A DNA stretch of 30,617 nt, taken from contig JBAZRG010000002.1 in NCBI GenBank assembly GCA_041663145.1, positions 1 through 30,617 of the forward strand, in the 5' to 3' direction. This document shows, in pieces, positions 1 through 7,982 of this stretch. Source of the DNA: Minisyncoccota bacterium. GTDB taxonomy: Bacteria; Patescibacteriota; Minisyncoccia; Phycocordibacterales; PALSA-1337. The first letter of the stretch is position 1. The number at the start of each line of letters is the position of its first letter. The translations under genes and the position numbers were made by a program. The notes under the pieces are model-generated. The model made no database searches, was not told where the DNA came from, and saw nothing but the letters and a program-made list of their open reading frames with translations.

Positions 1-218
1 CTTGAAGTCTCAAGGAAAGTATATCAGAAGTTCCAAACACGTTTAAATTACTTGGTTGTCCACACCTTTCATGGTTGCTGAAAAGTACTTGCGGAGTCTT
101 ATTAGGGACAGGTGTGAGTTATTCGGGATTCAATACCAAGTTCGCAGATTATTCTCGGAAGAACAATAATTGTGTGTGCGGTTACTCAAATCCTCGTTAA
201 TAATGTTAAACTTAACCC

Positions 219-1142
219 ATGTCGCACAATATTCATGAGATGAAGCAACAGTTCTTGGAATATATCGAGATTGAACGTGGCCGTAGCGTAAAAACCGTTG
301 AAAATTATGATCATTATCTGTCACGATTCATCGATTTCACCAAAGCAAAGGATGTTAGTGATATTACTGAAAATGCCGTTCGTGATTTTCGGCTTTGGCT
401 CAATCGTCAATCCACAGGCAACAATCGTGCTTCGGGAGCAACTTTGAAAAAGAAGACGCAGAACTACTATCTGATTGCTTTGCGTGCGTTTCTGAAGTAT
501 TTGGCCAAACGTGGTCAAAAAACCTTATCACCAGAATATATCGAACTGGCCAAAGTTGGCGAGCGGCATCTCGATCTCATTACCTCAGATGAATTAAGAC
601 GTCTTCTGGATTCTCCAAAAGGCGATGATGTGAAATCACTCCGAGATAAAGCCATTTTAGAGCTACTTTTCTCCACTGGTTTGCGTGTTTCTGAACTCTG
701 TTCCCTTTCTAGCGATATAGATTTGAAGGCCGATGAACTATCGATTCGTGGTAAAGGTGAGAAGATCCGCGTCGTTTTCTTTTCTGATGAAGCCAAACAA
801 GCAGTTAAAAAGTATTTAGATAAAAGAACTGACGTTGACGATGCTCTCTTTATTAAAGTTGGTAGTAAAGAACAGGCTGAAAAAGGTGAAAATAGTTTGA
901 CCAGACGATCTATAGAGAGAATTGTGAAACAGTATGCTGTTCGAGCTGGAATTTCGAAAAAAGTCACTCCACACGTCATTCGCCACTGTTTTGCGACAGA
1001 TCTTCTTTCAAATGGCGCTGATCTTCGATCAGTTCAGATGTTATTGGGTCATGCCAATATAGGTACGACTCAGATATACACTCACGTGACAGACAGCGAG
1101 CTCAAGAGAGTTCATAAATTATTTCATAATAAGAAAAAATAG
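219..1142 (+). CDS. Site-specific tyrosine recombinase, XerC/XerD family
   Basis: 307 aa. N-terminal SAM-like core-binding domain. C-terminal catalytic residues in the pattern R...HxxR...Y (HVIRHCFATDLL, LLGHANIGTTQIYTHV). Family assignment follows from these motifs. Confidence 0.85.
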   Translation: MSHNIHEMKQQFLEYIEIERGRSVKTVENYDHYLSRFIDFTKAKDVSDITENAVRDFRLWLNRQSTGNNRASGATLKKKTQNYYLIALRAFLKYLAKRGQKTLSPEYIELAKVGERHLDLITSDELRRLLDSPKGDDVKSLRDKAILELLFSTGLRVSELCSLSSDIDLKADELSIRGKGEKIRVVFFSDEAKQAVKKYLDKRTDVDDALFIKVGSKEQAEKGENSLTRRSIERIVKQYAVRAGISKKVTPHVIRHCFATDLLSNGADLRSVQMLLGHANIGTTQIYTHVTDSELKRVHKLFHNKKK

Positions 1143-1143
1143 T

Positions 1144-1911
1144 ATGAAAATCATATCTTGGAATGTAAATGGGCTTCGAGCGAATGTGAAAAAAGGCGGT
1201 TTTGATTGGTTTATCAATGAATCACCGGATATATATTGTTTGCAAGAGGTCAAAGCCGAAGCCGATCAATTGGATGAAGGTATTCGTAATCCACTCGGAT
1301 ATTTCTCATATTTCGATCATTCCAAAGGTCGTAAAGGTTATAGCGGTGTGGCTGTATATTCGAAAATTAAGCCGGAAAAAGTCGAATATGGTCTAGGATT
1401 TGAAGAGTTTGATCAAGAAGGACGTTTTTTGGCTCTTTTTTATAAAGAATTTGTTTTAATAAACATTTATTTTCCGAATGGAGGTGGAGGTCCTGAACGT
1501 TTAGCTTTTAAATTGAAATATTACGATGCTTTTATGGAATATATAAACCGACACAAATCTGAAGGTCGTGAAATTATATTTTGTGGAGATGTTAATACTG
1601 CACACGAGGCAGTGGACCTGGCTCGACCTAAAGAAAATGAGAAAAATACTGGCTTTTTGCCGATCGAAAGAGCGTGGTTAGATAAAGTAGTTGAAAATGG
1701 CTATATAGACGTATTTCGCCATCTTTTTACGGATGCTAAAGATAAATATACATACTGGGATATGAAAACTTTTGCACGTGAACGCAATGTTGGTTGGAGG
1801 ATAGACTATTTTTTCGTAACTTCTGGAATTTTGAAGAAAATAGATAAAATCCAAATACTAGATCATGTATACGGATCAGATCATTGCCCTATCGAGTTAG
1901 TTTTAAAGTAA
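1144..1911 (+). CDS. xth: Exodeoxyribonuclease III (AP endonuclease, ExoIII/Xth family)
   Basis: 255 aa. MKIISWNVNGLRA N-terminus. EEP-fold motifs (LQEVK, GDVNTAHEAVD, SDHCPIELVL) typical of ExoIII. Confidence 0.9.
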   Translation: MKIISWNVNGLRANVKKGGFDWFINESPDIYCLQEVKAEADQLDEGIRNPLGYFSYFDHSKGRKGYSGVAVYSKIKPEKVEYGLGFEEFDQEGRFLALFYKEFVLINIYFPNGGGGPERLAFKLKYYDAFMEYINRHKSEGREIIFCGDVNTAHEAVDLARPKENEKNTGFLPIERAWLDKVVENGYIDVFRHLFTDAKDKYTYWDMKTFARERNVGWRIDYFFVTSGILKKIDKIQILDHVYGSDHCPIELVLK

Positions 1912-1915
1912 AAGA

Positions 1916-1965
1916 AAAATCGCTCAGTGGCGAAATTCAGAAGAAAGACGCGTGAGCGATTTTTG
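1916..1965 (+). terminator. Candidate intrinsic terminator downstream of xth: long imperfect hairpin followed by TTTTTG
   Basis: AAAATCGCTCA...TGAGCGATTTT arms (about 11 bp) around a 26-nt loop, then a T-run. Read directly from the sequence. Confidence 0.4.
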
Positions 1966-2388
1966 AAGCGTTGCCGCGAACCTACGAACCTAAAGAACAA
2001 AAGAACAATGGGTCCTGTGACCCTGCAGGTTCAAAAAAGTGGAACCTGTTTCATCCAGACCATTCCTGTCGCCTTCGAACTAAATCGAATTGCGCATATT
2101 AGGTGATAGTGAGCACTGTCCTCTTAAAGTAGCTCTCCGTTGGAGAACTTATATATTTGTGAGACAAGTTGCACTATCATTCTTCCTAGCAATGGAAGGA
2201 TGAGAAAAATTATTTTATTCGCGGATATTGCTTCACACGACACAAAGAGTGTGTGAACTACCCTGCATTTTCCAAAGAACATTTTTTTGTGAAATCTCGG
2301 TACACAAATTTTGTCTGAGATAATTTTATGTCCTATAGAAAATATTGTAAAGGACATAGCTGTGGATAACTCCACATTGGCATGTCCT

Positions 2389-3876
2389 TTATGAAACGTG
2401 GTGCTTTTCCCTTATGATTTTTAGCTCCTTTTCCTCTTCCTCCAATTTCTTTTCTTTACCACTTTCTGCAAGTTTCTTTAATTCTGCTTCCGGCAGAGCA
2501 ATTAACTCCAATGTTCGTTTGTAAAGATTTTCAACCGTATTTAATTTAGGATCTTCTAGGACTTCTTCAAGGAGAGCATTTAAAACCATACCAATTACTG
2601 GACCAGCCGGTATATTAGCGATTTCCATGATTTTCTTTCCATCAATCTTCAGCATTGTGACTGATATTGGGTCTCTCAAAGCCTCTTCGATCATTGCTTT
2701 GTATTTTCGAAGTCTATATGGGTTTTCCTTAGGTCTTCCTGTTCCTATACGATCGCTAGTGCGCAAATTCATTAGATCCCAGATGTTTTCACGTCCAACA
2801 TTTACGATCATTCTCCTAACTGCGGAAAGTGAAATCTGTTCAGTATCTGAGAAAAACATATGCCAACGTATCATTTTCACCACTTTTTCGATGATTACAC
2901 GTGAAAACTTCATTCTTTCAAGTATTTTCCGTGTTTCACGTGAACCAACTACTTCATGGCCGTAAAACGTCGGTTGATTTGTTTCATGTGAAAAACCTTT
3001 CGTATTTGGCTTGCCAATATCGTGAAATAGAGCCGCTAAACGTAGTTCTAGGGGGAAATTCTTGTCTGCGGAGTGTTGCACAGACTTGAGTAAATGCGTC
3101 CAAACGTCGTATGCATGTGCTTGAGGTTGTTTTACACCTATTCCAGATTCAAGTTCAGGTACAATATGCACCAGTAAACCAGATGATTGAAGAAGTTTTA
3201 TGCCCTCTTCAGGACTTGGAGACATTATAATCTTGGTGAATTCATCACGTACTCTCTCCATTGATACGTGTTTAATATTTGAGTTCAATGTTTTTATTGC
3301 ATCAAATGTTTCGGTGTTACATGTGAAACCTAGTTCCACTGTCAATCTGATTGCGCGCATCATCCTCAGCGCGTCCTCTGTGAACCTTAGAGATGCTTCA
3401 CCAACGGTCCTGATAGTTTTGTCCTTTATGTCAGAAAAACCGTCGTATAAGTCAATTGTGTCCTTTATAGCACCATCGGACAGACTGATAGCCATGGCGT
3501 TTATAGTAAAGTCTCGTCTTTTTAGATCGTCTTCGATTTTTTCACTAAATTTTACTTGATCTGGGTGTCTATAGTCAGAATAGCTAGATTCTGAGCGGTA
3601 TGGTGTGACTTCTACACTTTTTAGAGTCGGATCAGTCACCATTTCGTTAATAACAGCTACAGTTCCAAAGGTATTTTCATAGACGGTTTTTGGAAAAAGT
3701 GCCTGAATCTTCTCTGGAGTTGCATTTGTTGTAATATCCCAATCTTTTGGAATACGTCCAAGGAATATATCTCGAACACAACCTCCAACCAGAAATGCTT
3801 GAAAACCAGCATTTTCGAGTTTTTCGATAATGTTGACGATTTCTTGTGGAATGACGTTATTTTCGGCGATTTTCAT
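2389..3876 (-). CDS. cca: CCA-adding tRNA nucleotidyltransferase / poly(A) polymerase family with C-terminal HD domain
   Basis: 495 aa. Pol-beta nucleotidyltransferase motif (LVGGCVRDIFLG..DWDITT). HD domain (LFHDIGK). Confidence 0.85.
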   Translation of the reverse strand: MKIAENNVIPQEIVNIIEKLENAGFQAFLVGGCVRDIFLGRIPKDWDITTNATPEKIQALFPKTVYENTFGTVAVINEMVTDPTLKSVEVTPYRSESSYSDYRHPDQVKFSEKIEDDLKRRDFTINAMAISLSDGAIKDTIDLYDGFSDIKDKTIRTVGEASLRFTEDALRMMRAIRLTVELGFTCNTETFDAIKTLNSNIKHVSMERVRDEFTKIIMSPSPEEGIKLLQSSGLLVHIVPELESGIGVKQPQAHAYDVWTHLLKSVQHSADKNFPLELRLAALFHDIGKPNTKGFSHETNQPTFYGHEVVGSRETRKILERMKFSRVIIEKVVKMIRWHMFFSDTEQISLSAVRRMIVNVGRENIWDLMNLRTSDRIGTGRPKENPYRLRKYKAMIEEALRDPISVTMLKIDGKKIMEIANIPAGPVIGMVLNALLEEVLEDPKLNTVENLYKRTLELIALPEAELKKLAESGKEKKLEEEEKELKIIREKHHVS

Positions 3877-3947
3877 TTTAATATTCTACAATAATTTGGG
3901 ATTTTTTCCAAACTACGCTACAATACTCCTCGAGCTGTCCCTTGTAT

Positions 3948-4019
3948 GCGCCCGTGGTGAAATGGATATCACAACGGTCTTCGGAACCGTTATTGGGGGT
4001 TCGAGTCCCTCCGGGCGCA
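3948..4019 (+). tRNA. tRNA-Arg (anticodon TCG), no encoded CCA
   Basis: Cloverleaf folded by hand. Acceptor GCGCCCG/CGGGCGC. Anticodon stem ACGGT/ACCGT with loop CTTCGGA. T-loop TTCGAGT. Discriminator A. Confidence 0.7.
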
Positions 4020-4071
4020 CTACTTCGCTCTTCACTCGCTAAGCTCGTTCAGAGCTACGTAGTGCGAGCAC
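4020..4071 (+). repeat. Conserved tRNA-trailer hairpin element, copy 1 (CACTACTTCGC...CTACGTAGTGCGAGCAC)
   Basis: Starts immediately after the tRNA-Arg discriminator base. Outer arms CACTAC/GTAGTG. Inner stem GCTCT/AGAGC. Shares its 5' and 3' flanks with copies at 5033 and 6440. Confidence 0.6.
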
Positions 4072-4215
4072 AAAAATTAGAAATATCTTTAGTTTTGCAT
4101 TCCAGAGCGAAACACTCAGGATTTGAGAGACAAAATGATGCCAATTTTGCATCATATTTTTCACGTGAAAATTACCATTGAAAAGCGAAGTGTTGATAGT
4201 GTATAATATAGATAC

Positions 4216-4887
4216 ATGAGAAAAGATAGAGAACAAGCCAATATTATGAGAAAGTCTGGAATGAGCTATTCCGAGATCAAATCTCGACTCGGTGTTCCAC
4301 TCAGTACTCTGTCTGACTGGTTTCACACCCAGCAATGGTCAAATGATATAGCTATACAGAGTGCTGTTAGAGCAAGACAGTCGGCAGCGATCCGTCTGGT
4401 GGTTCTAAATACAGTCAGGGGAGGACGATTGAAGAAGGCTTACGAAGATGCCAAACAAGATGCTCTGGTTGACTATTCTGAGCTCCGATATCATCCATTA
4501 TTTATTTCTGGTCTGATGCTTTATTGGGCTCATGGTGACAAGACCGCGAAGAGCCGAATCTCTTTTTCTAGTATGGATCCGAGCGTAATCAAGATTTTTC
4601 GAAACTTTTTGGTGAATATATGTGGTATTCAGAATATGCGAGTCCAGATACTATTGAAATCAAATTTTGATCAGGAAACTGAAATAATGGAGTTTTGGAA
4701 GCAAAAATGTGGCTTCGTTGATGATAATTTTCTAAAAAGCATACGAATTATGAATAATAAACCAATAAATAAGCCATATTTTGGTGTTTGCAATATCATT
4801 TTGAATAGTGCATACTTGAAAAATAAAATTTTACGATGGATTCAATTGATTTCTGAAGACATTGTGAATGAAAAGTATGTTGATTGA
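4216..4887 (+). CDS. Hypothetical protein with N-terminal helix-turn-helix (resolvase/transposase-like HTH); function unknown
   Basis: 223 aa. MSYSEIKSRLGVPLSTLSDWF looks like an HTH. There is a weak LAGLIDADG-like stretch (GLMLYWAHGDK) that I cannot confirm. The gene sits between two tRNA genes. Confidence 0.45.
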   Translation: MRKDREQANIMRKSGMSYSEIKSRLGVPLSTLSDWFHTQQWSNDIAIQSAVRARQSAAIRLVVLNTVRGGRLKKAYEDAKQDALVDYSELRYHPLFISGLMLYWAHGDKTAKSRISFSSMDPSVIKIFRNFLVNICGIQNMRVQILLKSNFDQETEIMEFWKQKCGFVDDNFLKSIRIMNNKPINKPYFGVCNIILNSAYLKNKILRWIQLISEDIVNEKYVD

Positions 4888-4902
4888 AATATATAGTTAT
4901 AT

Positions 4903-4940
4903 GCGAGTATAGTTTAGGGGTTTATCATATCGGAGCAGAA
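4903..4940 (+). pseudogene. Partial duplicate of the 5' half of tRNA-Gly(GCC), a tRNA fragment
   Basis: GCGAGTATAGTTTAGGGGT...ATATCGG compared with the GCGGGTATAGTTTAGTGGTAGAACATATCG of the intact tRNA that begins about 60 nt downstream. Confidence 0.4.
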
Positions 4941-4961
4941 ATTGATTGAAAAGTTAATATT

Positions 4962-5032
4962 GCGGGTATAGTTTAGTGGTAGAACATATCGTTGCCAACG
5001 ATAAAATGGGAGTCCGATTCTCCCTACCCGCA
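4962..5032 (+). tRNA. tRNA-Gly (anticodon GCC)
   Basis: Acceptor GCGGGTA/TACCCGC. Anticodon stem TATCG/CGATA with loop TTGCCAA. T-stem GGGAG/CTCCC. Confidence 0.8.
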
Positions 5033-5074
5033 CTACTTCGCTCTCACTGCGTTCGAGCTACGTAGTGCGAGCAC
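5033..5074 (+). repeat. Conserved tRNA-trailer hairpin element, copy 2
   Basis: CACTACTTCGCTCTCACTGCGTTCGAGCTACGTAGTGCGAGCAC. Flanks are identical to copy 1. The inner stem (GCTC/GAGC) differs in sequence but remains complementary. Confidence 0.6.
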
Positions 5075-5261
5075 TAGAGTCAATTTAGTAGGCAATATTG
5101 CCATATTTGTATTGCACATTGAAGGGAATTGCGTTGAGATCACTCAATGAATGGGGGATAAAGAGTGTCCGAGATAATATGGCTAAGAATCGTGAAGTTA
5201 TTAGACAAACTGGGGATAAGTCTGTGAATTAGGTTTATAAGAGACAAAAATAATGGCTTAG

Positions 5262-5660
5262 ATGCGTAAAACCATGTCTGATTTGCATACCAGAGCAAAA
5301 GGCGTAATTGGTGAAGATGTAGCTTGTAAATACTTAATAGGTAAGGGTTTTAAGCTTGAAAAGAGAAATTATCAAAAAGCTTGGGGAGAGATAGATATAA
5401 TAGCGTTAAAGGACAATACGATTCATTTCTTTGAAGTTAAGAGCGTTACAGCTGATTTTTCGGCTTATAATAACAATCATAGACCTGAAGAAAATGTCCA
5501 TAATCTAAAAGTGAGTCATATTCGGAGAATGGTAAAAACCTATTTAGAAGAATCAAAAAGGGGAATGGAAGCTGATTTTCAATTTCATGTTCTTTGTGTT
5601 TATATGGACATGAACAAAAGGGTAGCCAGGATCCGTCTCTTGGAAAATCTCATCATTTGA
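5262..5660 (+). CDS. yraN: YraN/UPF0102-family endonuclease-like protein
   Basis: 132 aa. GEDVACKYLIGKGFKLEKRN..GEIDIIAL....FFEVKS matches the UPF0102 signature. Confidence 0.75.
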   Translation: MRKTMSDLHTRAKGVIGEDVACKYLIGKGFKLEKRNYQKAWGEIDIIALKDNTIHFFEVKSVTADFSAYNNNHRPEENVHNLKVSHIRRMVKTYLEESKRGMEADFQFHVLCVYMDMNKRVARIRLLENLII

Positions 5661-5728
5661 AGTATTGTGGTCCAATATATTTGAATAATGTGAACTTTTC
5701 AATATTTATGATACGATAGGCAAACATT

Positions 5729-5801
5729 CGGAGCGTGGTGTAACGGCTAACATGCCTCTTTTGGGAAGAGGTGACTCCGGGTTCGAATCCCGGCGCTCCG
5801 A
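5729..5801 (+). tRNA. tRNA-Pro (anticodon TGG)
   Basis: Acceptor CGGAGCG/CGCTCCG with C1-G72, as expected for bacterial tRNA-Pro. Anticodon stem CCTCT/AGAGG with loop TTTGGGA. T-arm CCGGG-TTCGAAT-CCCGG. Discriminator A. It has no trailer hairpin, unlike the other three tRNAs. Confidence 0.8.
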
Positions 5802-5854
5802 CAGGGAATAGTAGCGGTTGTGTGATTGTAGTAAATAATAAGTTATAAAGATTT

Positions 5855-6289
5855 ATGATCAAAAAAATAGTCGATTTCTTTGATAAATTTGAAGACAAAA
5901 TACGAGGTGGTCTCAGTCGCTTTCCGATTCTTTATACTCTGGTTGGTGGTATTGCAATAGTTTTATTTTGGCGTGGTGTTTGGCATACGGCGGATATTCT
6001 GCAGTCCAAGGGAGGTTGGTTGGGTTGGCTCTTCTATGAGCCTACGAATCTTGTGATCGTTGTGCTTATCCTGCTCGCGACTGGTCTGTTTGTCTCATAC
6101 TTCATTGGCGACACTATCCTTATCAGTGGGATGAAGGGTGAAAAGAAATTGGCAGAAAAGACTGAGAGGGAAGTGAAAGAAGAGGAGCAGAAGATAAAAG
6201 AACTACGTGAGACTATTGTAGCTATGAAAAAAGAAGTGGATGAGATCAAAGATATTGTGACAGAGAAGAAAGATGATCAGCAACAGTAA
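5855..6289 (+). CDS. Hypothetical membrane protein (two TM helices plus charged coiled-coil tail)
   Basis: 144 aa. Hydrophobic segments (ILYTLVGGIAIVLFW, LVIVVLILLATGLFVSYFI) are followed by a KE-rich C-terminus. Confidence 0.5.
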   Translation: MIKKIVDFFDKFEDKIRGGLSRFPILYTLVGGIAIVLFWRGVWHTADILQSKGGWLGWLFYEPTNLVIVVLILLATGLFVSYFIGDTILISGMKGEKKLAEKTEREVKEEEQKIKELRETIVAMKKEVDEIKDIVTEKKDDQQQ

Positions 6290-6368
6290 ATTGGAGAAGA
6301 CTAATAGTGAAATTTTACGACTGATTTGCTAGTATGAAAGTCATCTCAGATTATATTGATAATAAATC

Positions 6369-6439
6369 GCGGGATTAGTTAAATGGTATAATAACAGTTT
6401 TCCAAACTGTGGTCGGGAGTTCGATTCTCCCATCCCGCA
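6369..6439 (+). tRNA. tRNA-Gly (anticodon TCC)
   Basis: Acceptor GCGGGAT/ATCCCGC. Anticodon stem ACAGT/ACTGT with loop TTTCCAA. T-arm GGGAG-TTCGATT-CTCCC. Confidence 0.8.
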
Positions 6440-6492
6440 CTACTTCGCAACTCGGCTATTCGCCGAGTTGCTTCGTAGTGCAGGCACTTTTT
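6440..6492 (+). repeat. Conserved tRNA-trailer hairpin element, copy 3 (20-bp stem), followed by a T-run
   Basis: CACTACTTCGCAACTCGGC tatt GCCGAGTTGCTTCGTAGTG, with 17 of 20 positions paired, then CAGGCACTTTTTATAG. Likely also acts as an intrinsic terminator. Confidence 0.6.
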
Positions 6493-6557
6493 ATAGCGGG
6501 AAAAATCCCCGCATTATTTAGCGGGGGAATGTGGTAAAAGTGATTTTTTTTATCGAG

Positions 6558-6812
6558 TTAAATTTGAGAGCATCCTGCGGCTCTGACAGAATATTCTCGT
6601 TCAACGATTCTCCAGCGCTCGAACATTTTTGTTGTCATGTAAATTGTTCCGACCAGACTCCAGAGTAAGTTGTACTCTGTGATCAACTTGTCACCTGGCA
6701 TGTTTTCAGGGTTAAGTTGTCTCTTTTTGTGAAGTTTCCTGAATTTGTCCCATCTTGTTTTTAGTGAACTATTTCGTTTAACAATTTCTAGTTGAGTCAT
6801 GTATCCTTTCAC
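6558..6812 (-). CDS. Hypothetical small basic protein (uncertain)
   Basis: 84 aa. There is an AAAGGA Shine-Dalgarno-like sequence 3 nt before the ATG. Nothing else supports it. Confidence 0.3.
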   Translation of the reverse strand: MKGYMTQLEIVKRNSSLKTRWDKFRKLHKKRQLNPENMPGDKLITEYNLLWSLVGTIYMTTKMFERWRIVEREYSVRAAGCSQI

Positions 6813-7102
6813 AGATTTGTTCTAAATCTAAAATTACCAGCAGACTAGTATAATTGCAAGGATCATTCAGTGTCTTTGATACTCAAAGAATCTCTCTCAA
6901 AAACTTGACTTCTATAACGGGTCATGATAAGGTGTAGTCAGTTAGTATAAATTTTATAAGCATCGTCACGAATGTTTCGTGAAAATGCAACTTAACCTTC
7001 GATAGCCCTTTAAATAGCCACTAGGCACCCTCGTCGGCCGCATCTTTGATAGTTTCGGCTCCGCGGGCTAGTTAACAAGTACCATAACCATATAATTCAT
7101 CG

Positions 7103-7125
7103 GGGATCCTTCGGGATCCCTTTTT
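7103..7125 (+). terminator. Intrinsic terminator (GGGATCC-TTCG-GGATCCC + TTTTTG) with no annotated upstream + strand gene
   Basis: Perfect 7-bp stem with a TTCG tetraloop, followed by a T-run. Read directly. It is oriented for the + strand and lies inside a roughly 490-bp gap with no ORF. Confidence 0.6.
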
Positions 7126-7299
7126 GTTATAAAAAAGACTCTCGAATGAGAGTCGGGAGAAAATGATTACTATAAAGGTAGCTGTGTAGGGTACAGTGGT
7201 TTCCATAGCAACAAGTTATTTTTAGAAAGATCACTGCCTCTTCATTGTCGCAAATCTGTAAGACGTCAGTTATAATTATCATATATATAAACCGTTTTC

Positions 7300-7917
7300 A
7301 TGAAAGATCTAAATATCACCTACGACGAAATTGCAGAGAAATGGTCACAGAGCAGACCTAATGAATGGATGAAAAATAGTCTCGATAAGTTTATAGCTTT
7401 CCTAAAACCAGGAAGTTCGGTACTCGATGTTGGGTGCGGTTCTGGTGATAAATCTAAATATATGCAGGAAAGGGGAATGAATGTGACGGGGATAGACTTT
7501 TCAAGCAAGATGATAGAGATAGCGAAGCAGGATGTGCCGAATGCACACTTTGAGGTTTTAGATATAAATAATTTGAGTAAGCATGATTCAAAATATGATG
7601 CGATATTTGCTAGGGCTGTTCTACTTCATTTCCCCAAAAATCAGATAAACCGATTGTTGAATATGTTTGCGAATCATTTAAATGAAAAGGGCTACATTTA
7701 TATCGCTGTTAAAATGCAAAAAGAAAATGAAAAGGGTGAAGAGATAGTTAAAGAATTCGATTATGATCAGAATATAGAAAGATTCTTTAGTTATTTCACC
7801 TTGGAAGAATTGAAGAAATATGTCACAGACCTGAATTTAGAGATTTGTTTCGCAGATATATCCCAAGTTAAAAATGGTACTAGGAAATGGATTCAACTTA
7901 TTGTGAGGAAAAAATAG
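7300..7917 (+). CDS. Class I SAM-dependent methyltransferase
   Basis: 205 aa. Motif I VLDVGCGSGDKS. Post-I acidic residue (GIDFS). Confidence 0.8.
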   Translation: MKDLNITYDEIAEKWSQSRPNEWMKNSLDKFIAFLKPGSSVLDVGCGSGDKSKYMQERGMNVTGIDFSSKMIEIAKQDVPNAHFEVLDINNLSKHDSKYDAIFARAVLLHFPKNQINRLLNMFANHLNEKGYIYIAVKMQKENEKGEEIVKEFDYDQNIERFFSYFTLEELKKYVTDLNLEICFADISQVKNGTRKWIQLIVRKK

Positions 7918-7982
7918 TTTGGATATGCGAGGGTGGGGAATTAATCGGTAGCCACGTGTATACATGCTAAGATGATAATCAA

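Noticed and set aside
5653-5898. 81-aa minus-strand ORF
   Set aside because: Directly antisense to tRNA-Pro and its flanks, so spurious.
4020-6492. tRNA-trailer repeats as a CRISPR array
   Set aside because: Copies are about 1 kb apart and separated by genes. Repeats are hairpins with variable internal sequence. There are no cas genes.
6813-7125. tmRNA in the 6.8-7.1 kb gap (GAAAATGCAACTTAA looked vaguely tag-like)
   Set aside because: No tRNA-like acceptor or T-arm at the ends. No ANDENYALAA-type reading frame. Cannot be supported from the sequence alone.
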